Of a stretch of DNA of 64,000 nucleotides, positions 10,043 through 20,704 are shown piece after piece; within the stretch, counting starts at the first letter, position 1; the number at the start of each line of letters is the position of its first letter. Origin of the DNA: Eubacteriales bacterium (GTDB lineage Bacteria; Bacillota; Clostridia; Oscillospirales; CAG-382); assembly GCA_045604705.1 (NCBI GenBank), contig JAZUOO010000030.1:28373-92372 (forward strand), read 5' to 3'. The position numbers were made by a program, and so were the translations under genes. Below the pieces are notes generated by a model. That model had not been told where the DNA came from. It ran no database searches and saw only the letters and a list, made by a program, of their open reading frames with translations.

Positions 10043-10702
10043 ATGAAAGAAAAAATTATTCCCTACTTAAAAAAGGTTGTAAAAAGAATCGACCCCCTCT
10101 CACTTGCGGCACTCATCGCATTTATTATGCTCTCGCTTACAATTGCTTCTGCCGTGACCCCCATCGAGGGTGAGGAAGAGCTTTACAACAACATCATAAG
10201 GTTCCATGTCCTTGCAAACTCAGACAGTTCCGAAGATCAGGAGCTGAAACTCAAAGTCCGCGACAGTGTAACACAATACACAACAAAGCTTCTCTCCGAC
10301 TGTACAAGCATAAACGAGGCAAAGGACATAATTTCGGACAATAAAGAAGAAATAACATCCATAGCACAAAAAGTAATTACCCAAAACGGTTACAACTATA
10401 CCGTAACATTTGAAACCGGATACGAGAACTATCCAAGAAGAACCTACGGGAAATATTCTTTTCCTGCGGGAAACTACTATTCACTGAGATTAAAAATAGG
10501 AAACGCCGAGGGCAGAAATTGGTGGTGCGTACTCTTTCCTCCAATGTGCCTTGGAAGTGCAACGGTGGAAAAATATGATGATGACTCCGAGCTTCGAAGA
10601 ATAGGTTTTTCCGATAACGAAATAAATATCATATCCGAAACGGACAGCGTAAAAAAGGAGATTCGATTCTTTTTTCTGGACCTTATCGGAATAGGGAAAT
10701 GA
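10043..10702 (+). CDS. spoIIR: stage II sporulation protein R
   Basis: N-terminal signal anchor, then IRFHVLANSDSSEDQELKLKVRD...NWWCVLFPPMC, the characteristic SpoIIR core. Confidence 0.8.
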   Translation: MKEKIIPYLKKVVKRIDPLSLAALIAFIMLSLTIASAVTPIEGEEELYNNIIRFHVLANSDSSEDQELKLKVRDSVTQYTTKLLSDCTSINEAKDIISDNKEEITSIAQKVITQNGYNYTVTFETGYENYPRRTYGKYSFPAGNYYSLRLKIGNAEGRNWWCVLFPPMCLGSATVEKYDDDSELRRIGFSDNEINIISETDSVKKEIRFFFLDLIGIGK

Positions 10703-10711
10703 GGTAAAGAT

Positions 10712-13700
10712 TTGCTGTACAACATATTGGGACGCGCAGGAAGCGGCAAAACCGAATATATTATGTCCGTGTGCGAAAAGCTGATGAATGAGAAAAAGCA
10801 CACATTTCTAATCGTCCCGGAACAGGGTGCACTTGTATATGAACGTCAGATAATAGAACGCCTTGGCAACCGATCCAACGAATATATCGAAGTCATAAAC
10901 TTCAAGCGTCTGTGCAACCGAGTTTTCCGCGAAACGGGAGGACTTACACAAAGCTATATTGACTGTGCCCATATGCTTCTTCTGATGTACAAGGCGGTTA
11001 ATTCCGTAAAAGAGCTTCTCGCTGAGTACAAGGGTGCTGCCGAGAATACTGTTTTTATAAAAAAATCCATGCAGGTCATAAACGAGCTGAAAATGTACGG
11101 TGTAACCCCGGAAAAGCTTGAAAAGACAGCAGAAAAGCTCTGCGATAACGGAAACTTAAGACTCTCACTTAAGCTCCGTGATTTCTCCCTTATCTACTCA
11201 GCCTACTCAAGGATGATAACCGAAACCTTCGGTGACAACTTCAATTACCGTGACAGCACCGAGGATCTTGAAAGACTTGCAACTGTCCTTTGCGACACAA
11301 AGTTTTTCAAAGACAAGACCGTCATCATAGACTCCTTCTATGGCTTTACGGTACCGGAATTTTCCGTAATAGACAGGATTATCCGCGATGCCGATGATGT
11401 CTTTATAACCTATCTTCTGGATAAAGACAAAAACAACATCTTGTTTGAGCGCGGAAAAAAAGCCTATGAGAGGATAGTGCATTGTGCAAAGGACAACTTT
11501 GTCGAATATGCGGACATTGAAACATCCTTTGCCCACGGTTTCGATGACGCAAATCTTTCCAATCTTGAAAAGTACTTCGCCTATGAGCTCTGCGAGAATA
11601 AGCCCGCACTTTCAGACTATTCCGGTACAGGCGTAAAGCTTTACAAATGCGATAACGTCTACGATGAAGCAAAAATTGCCTGTGCAATAATAAACAAGCT
11701 TACAGGCAAGTGCGGAGCAAAGTACTCCGAAATTACCATTCTTTCAAGATCGCCCGAAGAGCTTTTTGGCATACTCGATACCGAGCTTTCAAAAAATTCC
11801 GTTCCTTTCGGATTCTCGGTAAAATACGACCTTTTGACAAGACCTGCGGCATCCTACATCACATCAGCTTTTGAGTTCTCAAAAAGTAAGTCAAAGCAGT
11901 CGGTATTGCGGTTCTTAAAAACGGGCCTTACTCCCCTGTCTGACATTGAGGCAGACCTCACTGAATGCTACATAAGAACCTGGAATATCCAGGGTAGAAT
12001 GTTCACCGACAGCGAATGGCTTATGAACCCGGAAGGTTACACAAGCGCTGAAGAAATGAGCCCGAGAGCAAAAAAATCCCTTGAGATTGTACATAACGCA
12101 AGGGAAAAGCTGATAACTCCCCTCTCGGTATTTGATGAGGAAATAAGAAGTGCAAAGTGTGCCAACGAAATTTCAGAGGCAATAGTGCGCCTGTTGGAAA
12201 GCAGCAAATATGCTCCCGACACTCTTTCCGAGGAGGAAATCCCATATCACAATATGGTCATGGATGCCCTTGACTGCATCGCCGACATCTGCGGAAATGA
12301 TTATGTATCACCTGCCGACTATTCGGATATGTTTGAAATGATACTCTCCGAATACGATACCGGAAAAATCCCGGGAACAGTGGACGAGGTAACAATTGCA
12401 AATGTGGAGCTTTTCAGAGCCGCAAAAAACAAATACACCATAATCACCGGACTCAACGACGGAATATTCCCCCGCAATCCCTCTCCCGACAGCGTATTCT
12501 CCGACAGGGAAAAGACCATACTCAAGGATATGGGGCTTGAACTTTCAGGCACAAGCACAGACATGACCTACGATGAACTTTTTCTTGCCTACAAAGCAAT
12601 AACCTCCTGCTCAAAGGGCTTATACCTTTTGTACTCTGCAAAGGATTCAAAGGGAGAAAAGCTTGAAGAGTCCTCTATCGTCTCCATGTGCAGAAGTGCT
12701 CTGCCGAATCTTACCGAAGAAAGCAAAGCCGAAGTTGAAAGCCTGAAAATGTATCTCTCGGATGCTTCCCTCGTAGGCGAGGTTTCAAGTTCAAATCCCG
12801 AATTATCCGCCGCCCTTTCGGAATATCTTCTTTCGAGAGGTATCGTTCCAAAATCCAACGGTGAAAAGCATCAGCAATACCTTTCAAAGGAAACTACAAA
12901 GACCCTTTTCGGTGATGATATGCTGCTGAGTCCATCAAGACTTGAGAAATTCAATTACTGTGCCTGCTCATACTTCGGAACATACATTCTCTCGCTTTCC
13001 CCGGAAAAGAAAGCAAACCTCGGAAGCTCGGAAACCGGTAATATTATACACAAAATTCTTGAGCTTCTCATCTGTGAGCTGTCAGAAAAAAAGCAAAAAG
13101 GCGAAACAATCACCACCGAATACGCCCTTGAACGTGAAAAAAAACTGCTTAATAACTATATAACCGCACTTGTGGGCGAAACAACTGAAAAAGAGCTCTC
13201 AAAGCGCTTCAAGTACCTTTACGGCAGACTTTCAGGAGCCCTTGATGCCTGCGTGTCTGTTATGGCAAGCGAGATTATAGACTCCGATTTTGTCCCGGTT
13301 GATTTTGAAATGTCGATAGGCAAAAGCAATGCGGATATTCCTTTTACAAGCATCCCGATATTTGATGCCGACGGAAAACAAAACGGTACTCTCACCATCA
13401 ACGGCAAAATAGACAGAACCGACATCTATAAAAAAGACGGCAAGGTTTACATAAGAGTCGAGGACTATAAAACAGGCAAAAAGAAATTCAACCTTGCAGA
13501 CGTAAGCGTGGGTATCAATCTTCAGATGCTTCTGTACCTCTACAGTCTTTCAAAAAATTGCGGTACAAGATATGGTGACCTCGAACCTGTTCCTGCGGGA
13601 GTCCTGTACACCCCGATACACAGACCCGAATTCAATCTTGAACTCGGAGAGGATGCCGCCGTTGACGAGAGCCGAGCGTTCCACACAAACGGGATACTTA

Positions 13701-14047
13701 TTGATGACATTGATATACTTACGGCAATGGAAAAGAATCTCGAAGGAAAATTCATCCCGGTAAAGCTGAAAAAAGACGGAACATTTTACTCAAACGCCTC
13801 CGTTGCAAGCCTTGAAACCATGGGAAGACTTCTGTCATGTGCCGCCGATGTTGCGGGAAAACTCGCAAGCGAGATAAAAAGCGGAAAGATTGAGAAGAAC
13901 CCTTATAAATGCGATACTGTCAACTCCTGTAATTTCTGTGACCTTGCCCCCTTCTGCAGATACGAAAACGGAGAAGACGGAACAAGATACGCCATGACAA
14001 AATACTCGGACGAAGTATTTACCACATCTGCGGGAGGTGACGATTGA
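10712..14047 (+). CDS. addB: helicase-exonuclease AddAB, subunit AddB
   Basis: TTG start after GAGGTAAAG. Degenerate Walker A GRAGSGKT. C-terminal RecB-type nuclease with Fe-S cysteines (CACSYFG ... C..NSCNFCDLAPFC). Stop overlaps the addA start. Confidence 0.85.
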   Translation: MLYNILGRAGSGKTEYIMSVCEKLMNEKKHTFLIVPEQGALVYERQIIERLGNRSNEYIEVINFKRLCNRVFRETGGLTQSYIDCAHMLLLMYKAVNSVKELLAEYKGAAENTVFIKKSMQVINELKMYGVTPEKLEKTAEKLCDNGNLRLSLKLRDFSLIYSAYSRMITETFGDNFNYRDSTEDLERLATVLCDTKFFKDKTVIIDSFYGFTVPEFSVIDRIIRDADDVFITYLLDKDKNNILFERGKKAYERIVHCAKDNFVEYADIETSFAHGFDDANLSNLEKYFAYELCENKPALSDYSGTGVKLYKCDNVYDEAKIACAIINKLTGKCGAKYSEITILSRSPEELFGILDTELSKNSVPFGFSVKYDLLTRPAASYITSAFEFSKSKSKQSVLRFLKTGLTPLSDIEADLTECYIRTWNIQGRMFTDSEWLMNPEGYTSAEEMSPRAKKSLEIVHNAREKLITPLSVFDEEIRSAKCANEISEAIVRLLESSKYAPDTLSEEEIPYHNMVMDALDCIADICGNDYVSPADYSDMFEMILSEYDTGKIPGTVDEVTIANVELFRAAKNKYTIITGLNDGIFPRNPSPDSVFSDREKTILKDMGLELSGTSTDMTYDELFLAYKAITSCSKGLYLLYSAKDSKGEKLEESSIVSMCRSALPNLTEESKAEVESLKMYLSDASLVGEVSSSNPELSAALSEYLLSRGIVPKSNGEKHQQYLSKETTKTLFGDDMLLSPSRLEKFNYCACSYFGTYILSLSPEKKANLGSSETGNIIHKILELLICELSEKKQKGETITTEYALEREKKLLNNYITALVGETTEKELSKRFKYLYGRLSGALDACVSVMASEIIDSDFVPVDFEMSIGKSNADIPFTSIPIFDADGKQNGTLTINGKIDRTDIYKKDGKVYIRVEDYKTGKKKFNLADVSVGINLQMLLYLYSLSKNCGTRYGDLEPVPAGVLYTPIHRPEFNLELGEDAAVDESRAFHTNGILIDDIDILTAMEKNLEGKFIPVKLKKDGTFYSNASVASLETMGRLLSCAADVAGKLASEIKSGKIEKNPYKCDTVNSCNFCDLAPFCRYENGEDGTRYAMTKYSDEVFTTSAGGDD

Positions 14048-17000
14048 TGTCCGAAATTAAACTTACCCCTGCACAAAAACAGGCAGTCGAGGACAGAGGA
14101 GGAACACTTCTTGTTGCCGCCGCAGCAGGAAGCGGAAAAACAGCAATTCTTACAAAGAGAATAATCTCAAGACTCTGCAGCGAAAATGACGATGGAGACA
14201 TATCCGAATTTCTCATAGTAACCTTCACCAAAGCTGCCACCGCAGAGCTTCGTGCAAGACTCTACAAAGAGCTGTCTGCCTACGTCAAAGCTCACCCAGA
14301 AAACAAGCGTGCAAGACGTCAGCTCTCACTTATAGGTCTTGCCAAAATAAGCACCATACATTCTTTCTGCCTTGACATAATAAAATCCAACTTCCAGGCA
14401 CTCGCACTTCCGTCACAGCTGCGCATGGGCGAAGAAACCGAAGTAAATGTGCTGATGAAAAACACCCTTGACCGCATCATATCCGAAAAATATGAGCACA
14501 CAGATGATAGTTCACTGTTTTTAAAGGCAGTGGAAATCCTTTCCGGAGCAAAGAGTGACGACAAGTTTGCGGAAACAATACTAAAACTCTACAAAAAGCT
14601 CCGCGGAATTTCCGCCCCTTTTGAAAAATATCAATCCTACCTTGACAAATACCGCGAAGTCGAGGAAGCAGAAGAAATATTCGACACCGCTTTTGGCAAG
14701 CTCATAAAAGAAGACCTGATTTATGAAACAGGCAAAATAATATCCGATCTGGACTGTCTTTTAGCGGAGATAGACCTTGAACCGGATGCTTACACCGTCA
14801 TGCACGAGGCGGTCTGCCGTGATTGCACACTTCTTGAAAACATAAAGAACGCCCTTTCCGAGGGGTATTCAAAGGCAGCACAAGCAGCAAACGGTTACTT
14901 TGCCGCAAGGTGCAAAAACACCCCCAAAGACTGCAGCTGCAAGGACTACATCGACAGTCTTAAAGACCACAGAACAAAGTGCAACAACAAAATTAAAGGT
15001 ATATATAAAAAATACCTCGGAGCAACCGAAGAAACAGTAAAAAATGCCGCCAAGGAAAGCCGCGAAGTACTTCACGAAATATACCTCCTGCTTCTGGAGT
15101 TCGATAAAGCATTCACCGAAAAAAAGCTTGAACGTGGTATCCTCGATTTTTCTGACCTTGAACAGTACACCTTGAAGCTTCTTGTCAAAGACACCGGTGA
15201 ATTGTCCGGCAAATTCGAAAGAACTCACCTTGCCGAAAGTATCTCCAAGAACTACAAAGAGATCTACATCGACGAATACCAGGACACAAACAGTGTTCAG
15301 GATATGATTTTCCGTGCCGCGGCAACCTACGACGAAGCTTTGGGTACCGAAAACAACCGATTCCTCGTCGGTGACGTAAAGCAAAGCATCTACCGTTTCA
15401 GAGGGGCACAGCCGGAAATATTCAGTTCATACATAAAATTATTCTCCGACGTCTCTTCAGATACTGCACATGAGAGCAGCACCCACAAGCTGTACCTTTC
15501 CAACAACTTCAGATGCTCGGAAAACGTAATAAAATCCTCAAACAGAGTTTTTTTCAAAATAATGAAAGACTACACCGAGGACGATAGCCTTATATACTCA
15601 AAGCTTGAAGAGAACAAAATAACTGCTCCAACAGAGCTTGTACTCCTGAATTCCCTGCCTTATGAAACAGAAGCAACCGAAGAAAAGCTCTCCGACGAAG
15701 CAATGTATATCGCTTCAAGAATAAAGTCTATGGCATACAATCCGGACTTCCTCGACGAAAAGGGCAATATGTATAAATACTCGGATTTTGCAATACTCCA
15801 AAGAAGTGCAAATTCCCTGTCAGAGCCTTATAGAAGAGCCTTCCGCAAAATGAAGATTCCCTTTGCAAGTGACACACCGGAGGATTTCTTCAGACTTCCG
15901 GAGATTCTTCTTGCAATGTGTCTTCTCAACTGTGTAGACAACCCTCAAAGAGACATTTATACAGCAGGACTCATGTACTCTCCCCTTTATTCCTTCAGCG
16001 GCGACGAACTTGTAGATATACGAAGCTGTGACAGAAAGATCTCCTTTTTTAGCTGTACGGAAAGCTACGCCCAAAGCGGCAAGGACGAAAAGCTCCGCAA
16101 CAAGGTTCATTTTTTCCTTACAGAAATCAACGAATTCAGAAAAAAATCAAGAGGAGCTCCCACCGACGTCCTCATTTCCGAAATGTTTGACAAAACCGGA
16201 ATATACGAGATTTACGGCAAAGCCCCCGAAAAGCAGCGTAACATCAGAAAGCTCTACGAAATGTCAAGAACCTTTGAAAAAACCTCATTCCGTGGACTTT
16301 CCGCCTTTCTTGATTACCTCACAGACCTCTCGGAGGGAACCTCTGATTCACGTCCTGAGGCAGAAAACGACAGTGTAAAGTTTATGAGTATACACAGATC
16401 TAAAGGGCTTGAATTCCCGGTTGTATTTCTCAGTGGACTTATGCGTGAATTCAACGTTTCCGATGAAAAAGAGCCTGTCATCTTCAATTCCGATGTTGGT
16501 ATCGGCATAAAGCTCCGCGATACAGCAGACACCGCACTTACACAAACAAAACGCAGCTTTTCCGCTATCAATACCCCCTTTCGCGAAGCAATACGTTCAA
16601 CCGAAAGAAGCCTAATGCTTGAAGAAGAAAAGCGACTTCTCTACGTTGCAATGACAAGAGCTCGTGACAGACTTATCATGACTGCGACAACCAAGGATCT
16701 CGACAGAACCATCAAGAACGCCCTTGTACGGCGTGACGGGGGCTTTGAATCCTACGGCAAATACGCAATGAGCTACTTTGATTTCATATATCATTCTCTG
16801 ACGGATAAAGAATTTGCCGACCTGCAGAATAACGAAGCAGATTCATACAATGACTGTTTCAAATGCTTCAAGGTAGACATCACCCCGGAATATTTTGCAG
16901 CTGTAAAAAAAGCCACGGAAAATAAAGAACGGTTCGCAGAGATTGATTATACAAAAAAACAGGAATACATAAAGCTTCTCACGGATGCAAAGAAAAATGC

Positions 17001-17673
17001 ACACTATTCAAGCAATCTCTCAAAGATAAGCTCAAAGCTCTCGGTATCCCAGCTGAAAAAGGGACTGCTTGACGATGAAGATATGCTTAAAATGAAAGTT
17101 ACCTTAAAAAACCGCCCCTCATTCATGCAGGCAAAGAGCGAAGCAGACTACACCGAAAGAGGTACCGCAACCCATATTTTTATGCAATTTGCAAACTATG
17201 AGCTTCTCTGCGAAAACGGTGCACACCGAGAAGCGGAAAGACTACTAAAGCTTGGTTTCATAACAGATAGAATGTACGAAATAATGGACTACGAAACTCT
17301 TGACAGATTCACAAAGAGCAATCTTTACACAAAAATCAAATCGGCACCAAAGCTCTACCGTGAACGAAGATTCAATTTAAAGTTTCCCGCATCCGAATTT
17401 ACGGACAAAGTAGACACAAGACTTTCCGATGAATTCATACTTATCCAGGGAGTTTCCGACCTCTATTTTGAAAACCCCGACGGAACATTGACTCTTGTTG
17501 ACTTCAAGACAGACAGAGTCACACAGGAAACGGGCGAAAAAATACTTCGTGAAAGACATACGGAACAGCTTCGTTACTACAAACGGGCAATAGAAGAAAT
17601 AACCGAAAAAACGGTATCAAAAGTATACGTCTACTCCTTTTCTCTCTCACGGGAAGTAGAAATCATAATATAA
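14044..17673 (+). CDS. addA: helicase-exonuclease AddAB, subunit AddA (UvrD/Rep-type helicase plus RecB nuclease)
   Basis: AAAGSGKT Walker A, IDEYQDTN, FRGA, HRSKGLEFPVVF, VAMTRARDRL helicase motifs. C-terminal nuclease motif GVSDLYFENPDG..LVDFKTD. The start is TTG 14044 or, more likely, ATG 14047. Confidence 0.9.
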   Translation: MMSEIKLTPAQKQAVEDRGGTLLVAAAAGSGKTAILTKRIISRLCSENDDGDISEFLIVTFTKAATAELRARLYKELSAYVKAHPENKRARRQLSLIGLAKISTIHSFCLDIIKSNFQALALPSQLRMGEETEVNVLMKNTLDRIISEKYEHTDDSSLFLKAVEILSGAKSDDKFAETILKLYKKLRGISAPFEKYQSYLDKYREVEEAEEIFDTAFGKLIKEDLIYETGKIISDLDCLLAEIDLEPDAYTVMHEAVCRDCTLLENIKNALSEGYSKAAQAANGYFAARCKNTPKDCSCKDYIDSLKDHRTKCNNKIKGIYKKYLGATEETVKNAAKESREVLHEIYLLLLEFDKAFTEKKLERGILDFSDLEQYTLKLLVKDTGELSGKFERTHLAESISKNYKEIYIDEYQDTNSVQDMIFRAAATYDEALGTENNRFLVGDVKQSIYRFRGAQPEIFSSYIKLFSDVSSDTAHESSTHKLYLSNNFRCSENVIKSSNRVFFKIMKDYTEDDSLIYSKLEENKITAPTELVLLNSLPYETEATEEKLSDEAMYIASRIKSMAYNPDFLDEKGNMYKYSDFAILQRSANSLSEPYRRAFRKMKIPFASDTPEDFFRLPEILLAMCLLNCVDNPQRDIYTAGLMYSPLYSFSGDELVDIRSCDRKISFFSCTESYAQSGKDEKLRNKVHFFLTEINEFRKKSRGAPTDVLISEMFDKTGIYEIYGKAPEKQRNIRKLYEMSRTFEKTSFRGLSAFLDYLTDLSEGTSDSRPEAENDSVKFMSIHRSKGLEFPVVFLSGLMREFNVSDEKEPVIFNSDVGIGIKLRDTADTALTQTKRSFSAINTPFREAIRSTERSLMLEEEKRLLYVAMTRARDRLIMTATTKDLDRTIKNALVRRDGGFESYGKYAMSYFDFIYHSLTDKEFADLQNNEADSYNDCFKCFKVDITPEYFAAVKKATENKERFAEIDYTKKQEYIKLLTDAKKNAHYSSNLSKISSKLSVSQLKKGLLDDEDMLKMKVTLKNRPSFMQAKSEADYTERGTATHIFMQFANYELLCENGAHREAERLLKLGFITDRMYEIMDYETLDRFTKSNLYTKIKSAPKLYRERRFNLKFPASEFTDKVDTRLSDEFILIQGVSDLYFENPDGTLTLVDFKTDRVTQETGEKILRERHTEQLRYYKRAIEEITEKTVSKVYVYSFSLSREVEIII

Positions 17674-17719
17674 ACAAAATCGGGGCGAGTGCAAAATCGT
17701 CCCGATAAAATTTTGGCAA

Positions 17720-17748
17720 GAAAAAAACGGGAAGGCATCCCCTCCCGC
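17720..17748 (-). terminator. intrinsic terminator of the DUF1846 gene
   Basis: The minus strand reads CGGGAGG-GGATG-CCTTCCCG followed by TTTTTTT. Confidence 0.6.
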
Positions 17749-17754
17749 CGTAAA

Positions 17755-19239
17755 TTACTGATTATAAAGATTTTGCGACATAAACTCAGGCTCGCAGGTA
17801 ATGTTGATATTCAGCTTTCTGAAAGTAATCTCATCCTGCGGATTCAGCATCTTGGTATAGTGAGCCTCGGTGTACTTGAGCTTCTCAAGCTGCTTCAGAG
17901 CCTCCTCAACCATCGGATTTGTCGCCGCACAAATACTCATTGCAATCAGAGCTTCTTCAAGATTAAGCTTTGTTACATTTCTTCCGAGAGTATTTTTCTT
18001 CATGTTCCTTATCGGATCAAGTATAACAGGAGAAATAAGCAGCATTTCATCTCTTATTCCCGCAAGATACTTTATGGCATTAATAACAGCCGCCGCAGGA
18101 GCACCGAGCATATCACTGGATTTTCCCGTAACTATCTTACCGTCATGAAGCTGAATTGCAATTGCCTGAACTTCCGTTTCCTCAGTCTTTTTAAGTGCCG
18201 CCGCAACAACGGGACGCTCCGCTACGGTAACTCCCGCTTCCTGCATAAGTGCTTCTGCCCTGTGAGCAACCTCAATATCGACAAGTCCGTTCTTATAGTC
18301 GCACCATGCCTTGTAGGAGCGTCTTATAATCTCCTGCTTTGCCGCCTCTCTCACGGCTTCATCATCAACTATAGCGTAACCTGCCATATTAACCCCCATG
18401 TCCGTGGGAGATCTGTAAAGATTGTCATCGCCGGTAATTCTTGAAATGATGGTTTTTACAACGGGAAAAGCTTCAACATCTCTGTTATAGTTCACCGTCG
18501 TAACTCCGTATGCTTCAAGATGATAAGGATCTATCATGTTGACGTCACGAAGATCGCAGGTAGCCGCCTCATATGCAAGATTCACCGGGTGCTTAAGCGG
18601 AATGTTCCATATCGGGAATGTCTCAAATTTAGCATAACCCGCACTGATACCTCTCTTGTGCTCATGGTACATCTGAGAAAGACACGTTGCAAGCTTACCG
18701 CTGCCTGGGCCTGGTGCAGTAATAACAACAAGCGGTCTTGTAGTCTCAACAAAAGGATTTACGCCGTAGCCTTCATCCGAAACAATGGTGTCAACATTAT
18801 TGGGATACCCCGCAATCATCTTGTGGAAATATACCCTTTCTCCGCGTCTTTCAAGCTTCTTTCTGAAAATATCCGCAGAGGGCTGACCCGTATACTGAGT
18901 TACAACAATCGCACTGACATATATATCAAGACTTCTGAGATTGTCAATAAGGCGAAGAACGTCCATATCATAAGAAATACCAAAATCCGCACGAATCTTT
19001 TTCTTTTCAATATCTGCGGCATTGATTGTAACAATAATCTCTGTCTTTTCTTTCATTGTCTGAAGAAGCTTTACCTTTGCATCAGGTGCAAACCCCGGAA
19101 GAACTCTTGCGGCATGAAGGTCATCGAAAAGCTTTCCTCCGAATTCAAGATACAGCTTTCCTCCGAATTTTGATATTCTTTCGAGAATATTTTTAGATTG
19201 CAGTTCGACATATTTGTCGTTGTCAAAGCCTTTTCTCAT
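17755..19239 (-). CDS. DUF1846 (UPF0371) family protein
   Basis: MRKGFDNDKYVELQSKNILERI..FGGKLYLEFGGKLFDDLHAARVLPGF is the conserved UPF0371 N-terminus. I prefer ATG 19239 over the upstream GTG 19263 of the track ORF. Confidence 0.75.
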   Translation of the reverse strand: MRKGFDNDKYVELQSKNILERISKFGGKLYLEFGGKLFDDLHAARVLPGFAPDAKVKLLQTMKEKTEIIVTINAADIEKKKIRADFGISYDMDVLRLIDNLRSLDIYVSAIVVTQYTGQPSADIFRKKLERRGERVYFHKMIAGYPNNVDTIVSDEGYGVNPFVETTRPLVVITAPGPGSGKLATCLSQMYHEHKRGISAGYAKFETFPIWNIPLKHPVNLAYEAATCDLRDVNMIDPYHLEAYGVTTVNYNRDVEAFPVVKTIISRITGDDNLYRSPTDMGVNMAGYAIVDDEAVREAAKQEIIRRSYKAWCDYKNGLVDIEVAHRAEALMQEAGVTVAERPVVAAALKKTEETEVQAIAIQLHDGKIVTGKSSDMLGAPAAAVINAIKYLAGIRDEMLLISPVILDPIRNMKKNTLGRNVTKLNLEEALIAMSICAATNPMVEEALKQLEKLKYTEAHYTKMLNPQDEITFRKLNINITCEPEFMSQNLYNQ

Positions 19240-19302
19240 TTCCGAATACCGTTCCTTTCGCACATATCTCTTAGTCTTTTCAATATATTTTATAACCTAA
19301 TA

Positions 19303-19331
19303 ATTATACCATACAATAACGCTTTTTTCAA
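19303..19331 (-). promoter_or_regulatory. promoter of the DUF1846 gene
   Basis: The minus strand reads TTGAAA-17 nt-(TGG)TATAAT. Confidence 0.55.
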
Positions 19332-19383
19332 TAGCTTTTTGATAATTTAAACATTTTCGTCATTTTATGCAAAAAAGCTCATA

Positions 19384-20613
19384 TTATACTATCTGAAAAA
19401 TATAAAACTTCAGATAATCCGTCTCAGGAACATTCCAAAGAATAGGATGGTCACAAGCCTGTTGTCTTGCCTCTATTTGTCGAAGCTCTACTCCTGCATC
19501 CTTTGCCGCAGAAATAAGCATTTTTATAAACAGCTCGTCCTTCATAAAATGGGAGCATGAACAGGTAGCAAGATACCCACCCCTCGGCAGAAGCTTCATC
19601 GCCTTGTAATTTATCTCCTTGTATCCCCTTTCCGCATTTTTGACAGTCTTTCTGCTCTTTGTAAAAGCAGGCGGATCAAGAATAATAAAATCATAGGGAG
19701 AGTTCTTCTTTTCCGCAAGCTCCGTCAAAAGATCAAACACATCTGCGGCAACAAATTCCATCCTGCCGGAAAGTCCGTTCTTCTGGGCATTCTTTCTTGC
19801 CATCTCACAGGCACTCTCAGAAATATCCACCGCTGTAACCTTCTTAGCACCGCCCATCGCCGCATTGAGTGCAAAAGAGCCGGTATGCGTAAAGCAGTCG
19901 AGTACAGTCTTATCCTTTGCAATTTTTGCAACCGCACGCCTGTTATACTTCTGATCAAGGAAAAAGCCTGTTTTCTGACCGTTTTCAAAATCAACGGTGT
20001 ACTTTATTCCATTTTCACAAAATTCCGTAAAGGTCTCATCCGGATGTCTGCACAGAGGAGTTTCATACCAGCCCTTGTACTGCACAAGACCCTCAAGCTC
20101 ACGGATTGCAACGTCATTTCTTTCGTAAATTCCGTCAATATTCTCCCCAAGCTCACGGAGATACTTTACAAGATAATCAAAAATGACACCCTTGACCTGC
20201 TCAGTACCGTAAGACAGTACCTGAGCCACAAGGATATTATTGAATCTGTCAACTGTAAGTCCCGGAAAGCCGTCAGCCTCACCGAAAATAAGACGGCAAG
20301 CAGAAAAATCCTCACCCATGACCGTTTTCCTGTAGTCAACGGCATACTTCACACGCCTTTCAAAAAAGCTGTCGGCAAAGCTCTCATTTGCATTATTCGA
20401 GAGAATTCTCACTCGTATCTTGCTTTTCTCACTCACAAATCCCGTCCCGAGATAAGAGCCTTTTTGTGAGAAAACATCCGCATAAAGCTGTCCCGAAAGT
20501 CCGTGCGCCCCCTCGGTTATTTCCTCGCCATATACCCACGGATGTCCGTTCTTTATTGAATTCTCCGCCTTTTTCGTTACCTTTACACCGGGAAATTTTC
20601 TTTCTGTTTTCAT
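19384..20613 (-). CDS. class I SAM-dependent rRNA methyltransferase with PUA domain (RlmI/YwbD-like)
   Basis: N-terminal PUA-like KNGHPWVYGEEI, central GFFLDQ, SAM motif VLDCFTHTGSFAL, DPPAF. Confidence 0.75.
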   Translation of the reverse strand: MKTERKFPGVKVTKKAENSIKNGHPWVYGEEITEGAHGLSGQLYADVFSQKGSYLGTGFVSEKSKIRVRILSNNANESFADSFFERRVKYAVDYRKTVMGEDFSACRLIFGEADGFPGLTVDRFNNILVAQVLSYGTEQVKGVIFDYLVKYLRELGENIDGIYERNDVAIRELEGLVQYKGWYETPLCRHPDETFTEFCENGIKYTVDFENGQKTGFFLDQKYNRRAVAKIAKDKTVLDCFTHTGSFALNAAMGGAKKVTAVDISESACEMARKNAQKNGLSGRMEFVAADVFDLLTELAEKKNSPYDFIILDPPAFTKSRKTVKNAERGYKEINYKAMKLLPRGGYLATCSCSHFMKDELFIKMLISAAKDAGVELRQIEARQQACDHPILWNVPETDYLKFYIFQIV

Positions 20614-20704
20614 ATATTATCCTTTCGGTTTTTTCAAAAAGATAGTGTATCAAAACTTACACAGCCATAGCGCTGATAATATTCTGATACACCCAAGTTT
20701 ATCT

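Noticed and set aside
17689-19173. Plus-strand ORFs 17689-18444 and 18520-19173
   Set aside because: They are antisense to the well-conserved DUF1846/UPF0371 gene. They have no RBS and arginine/cysteine-rich junk translations.
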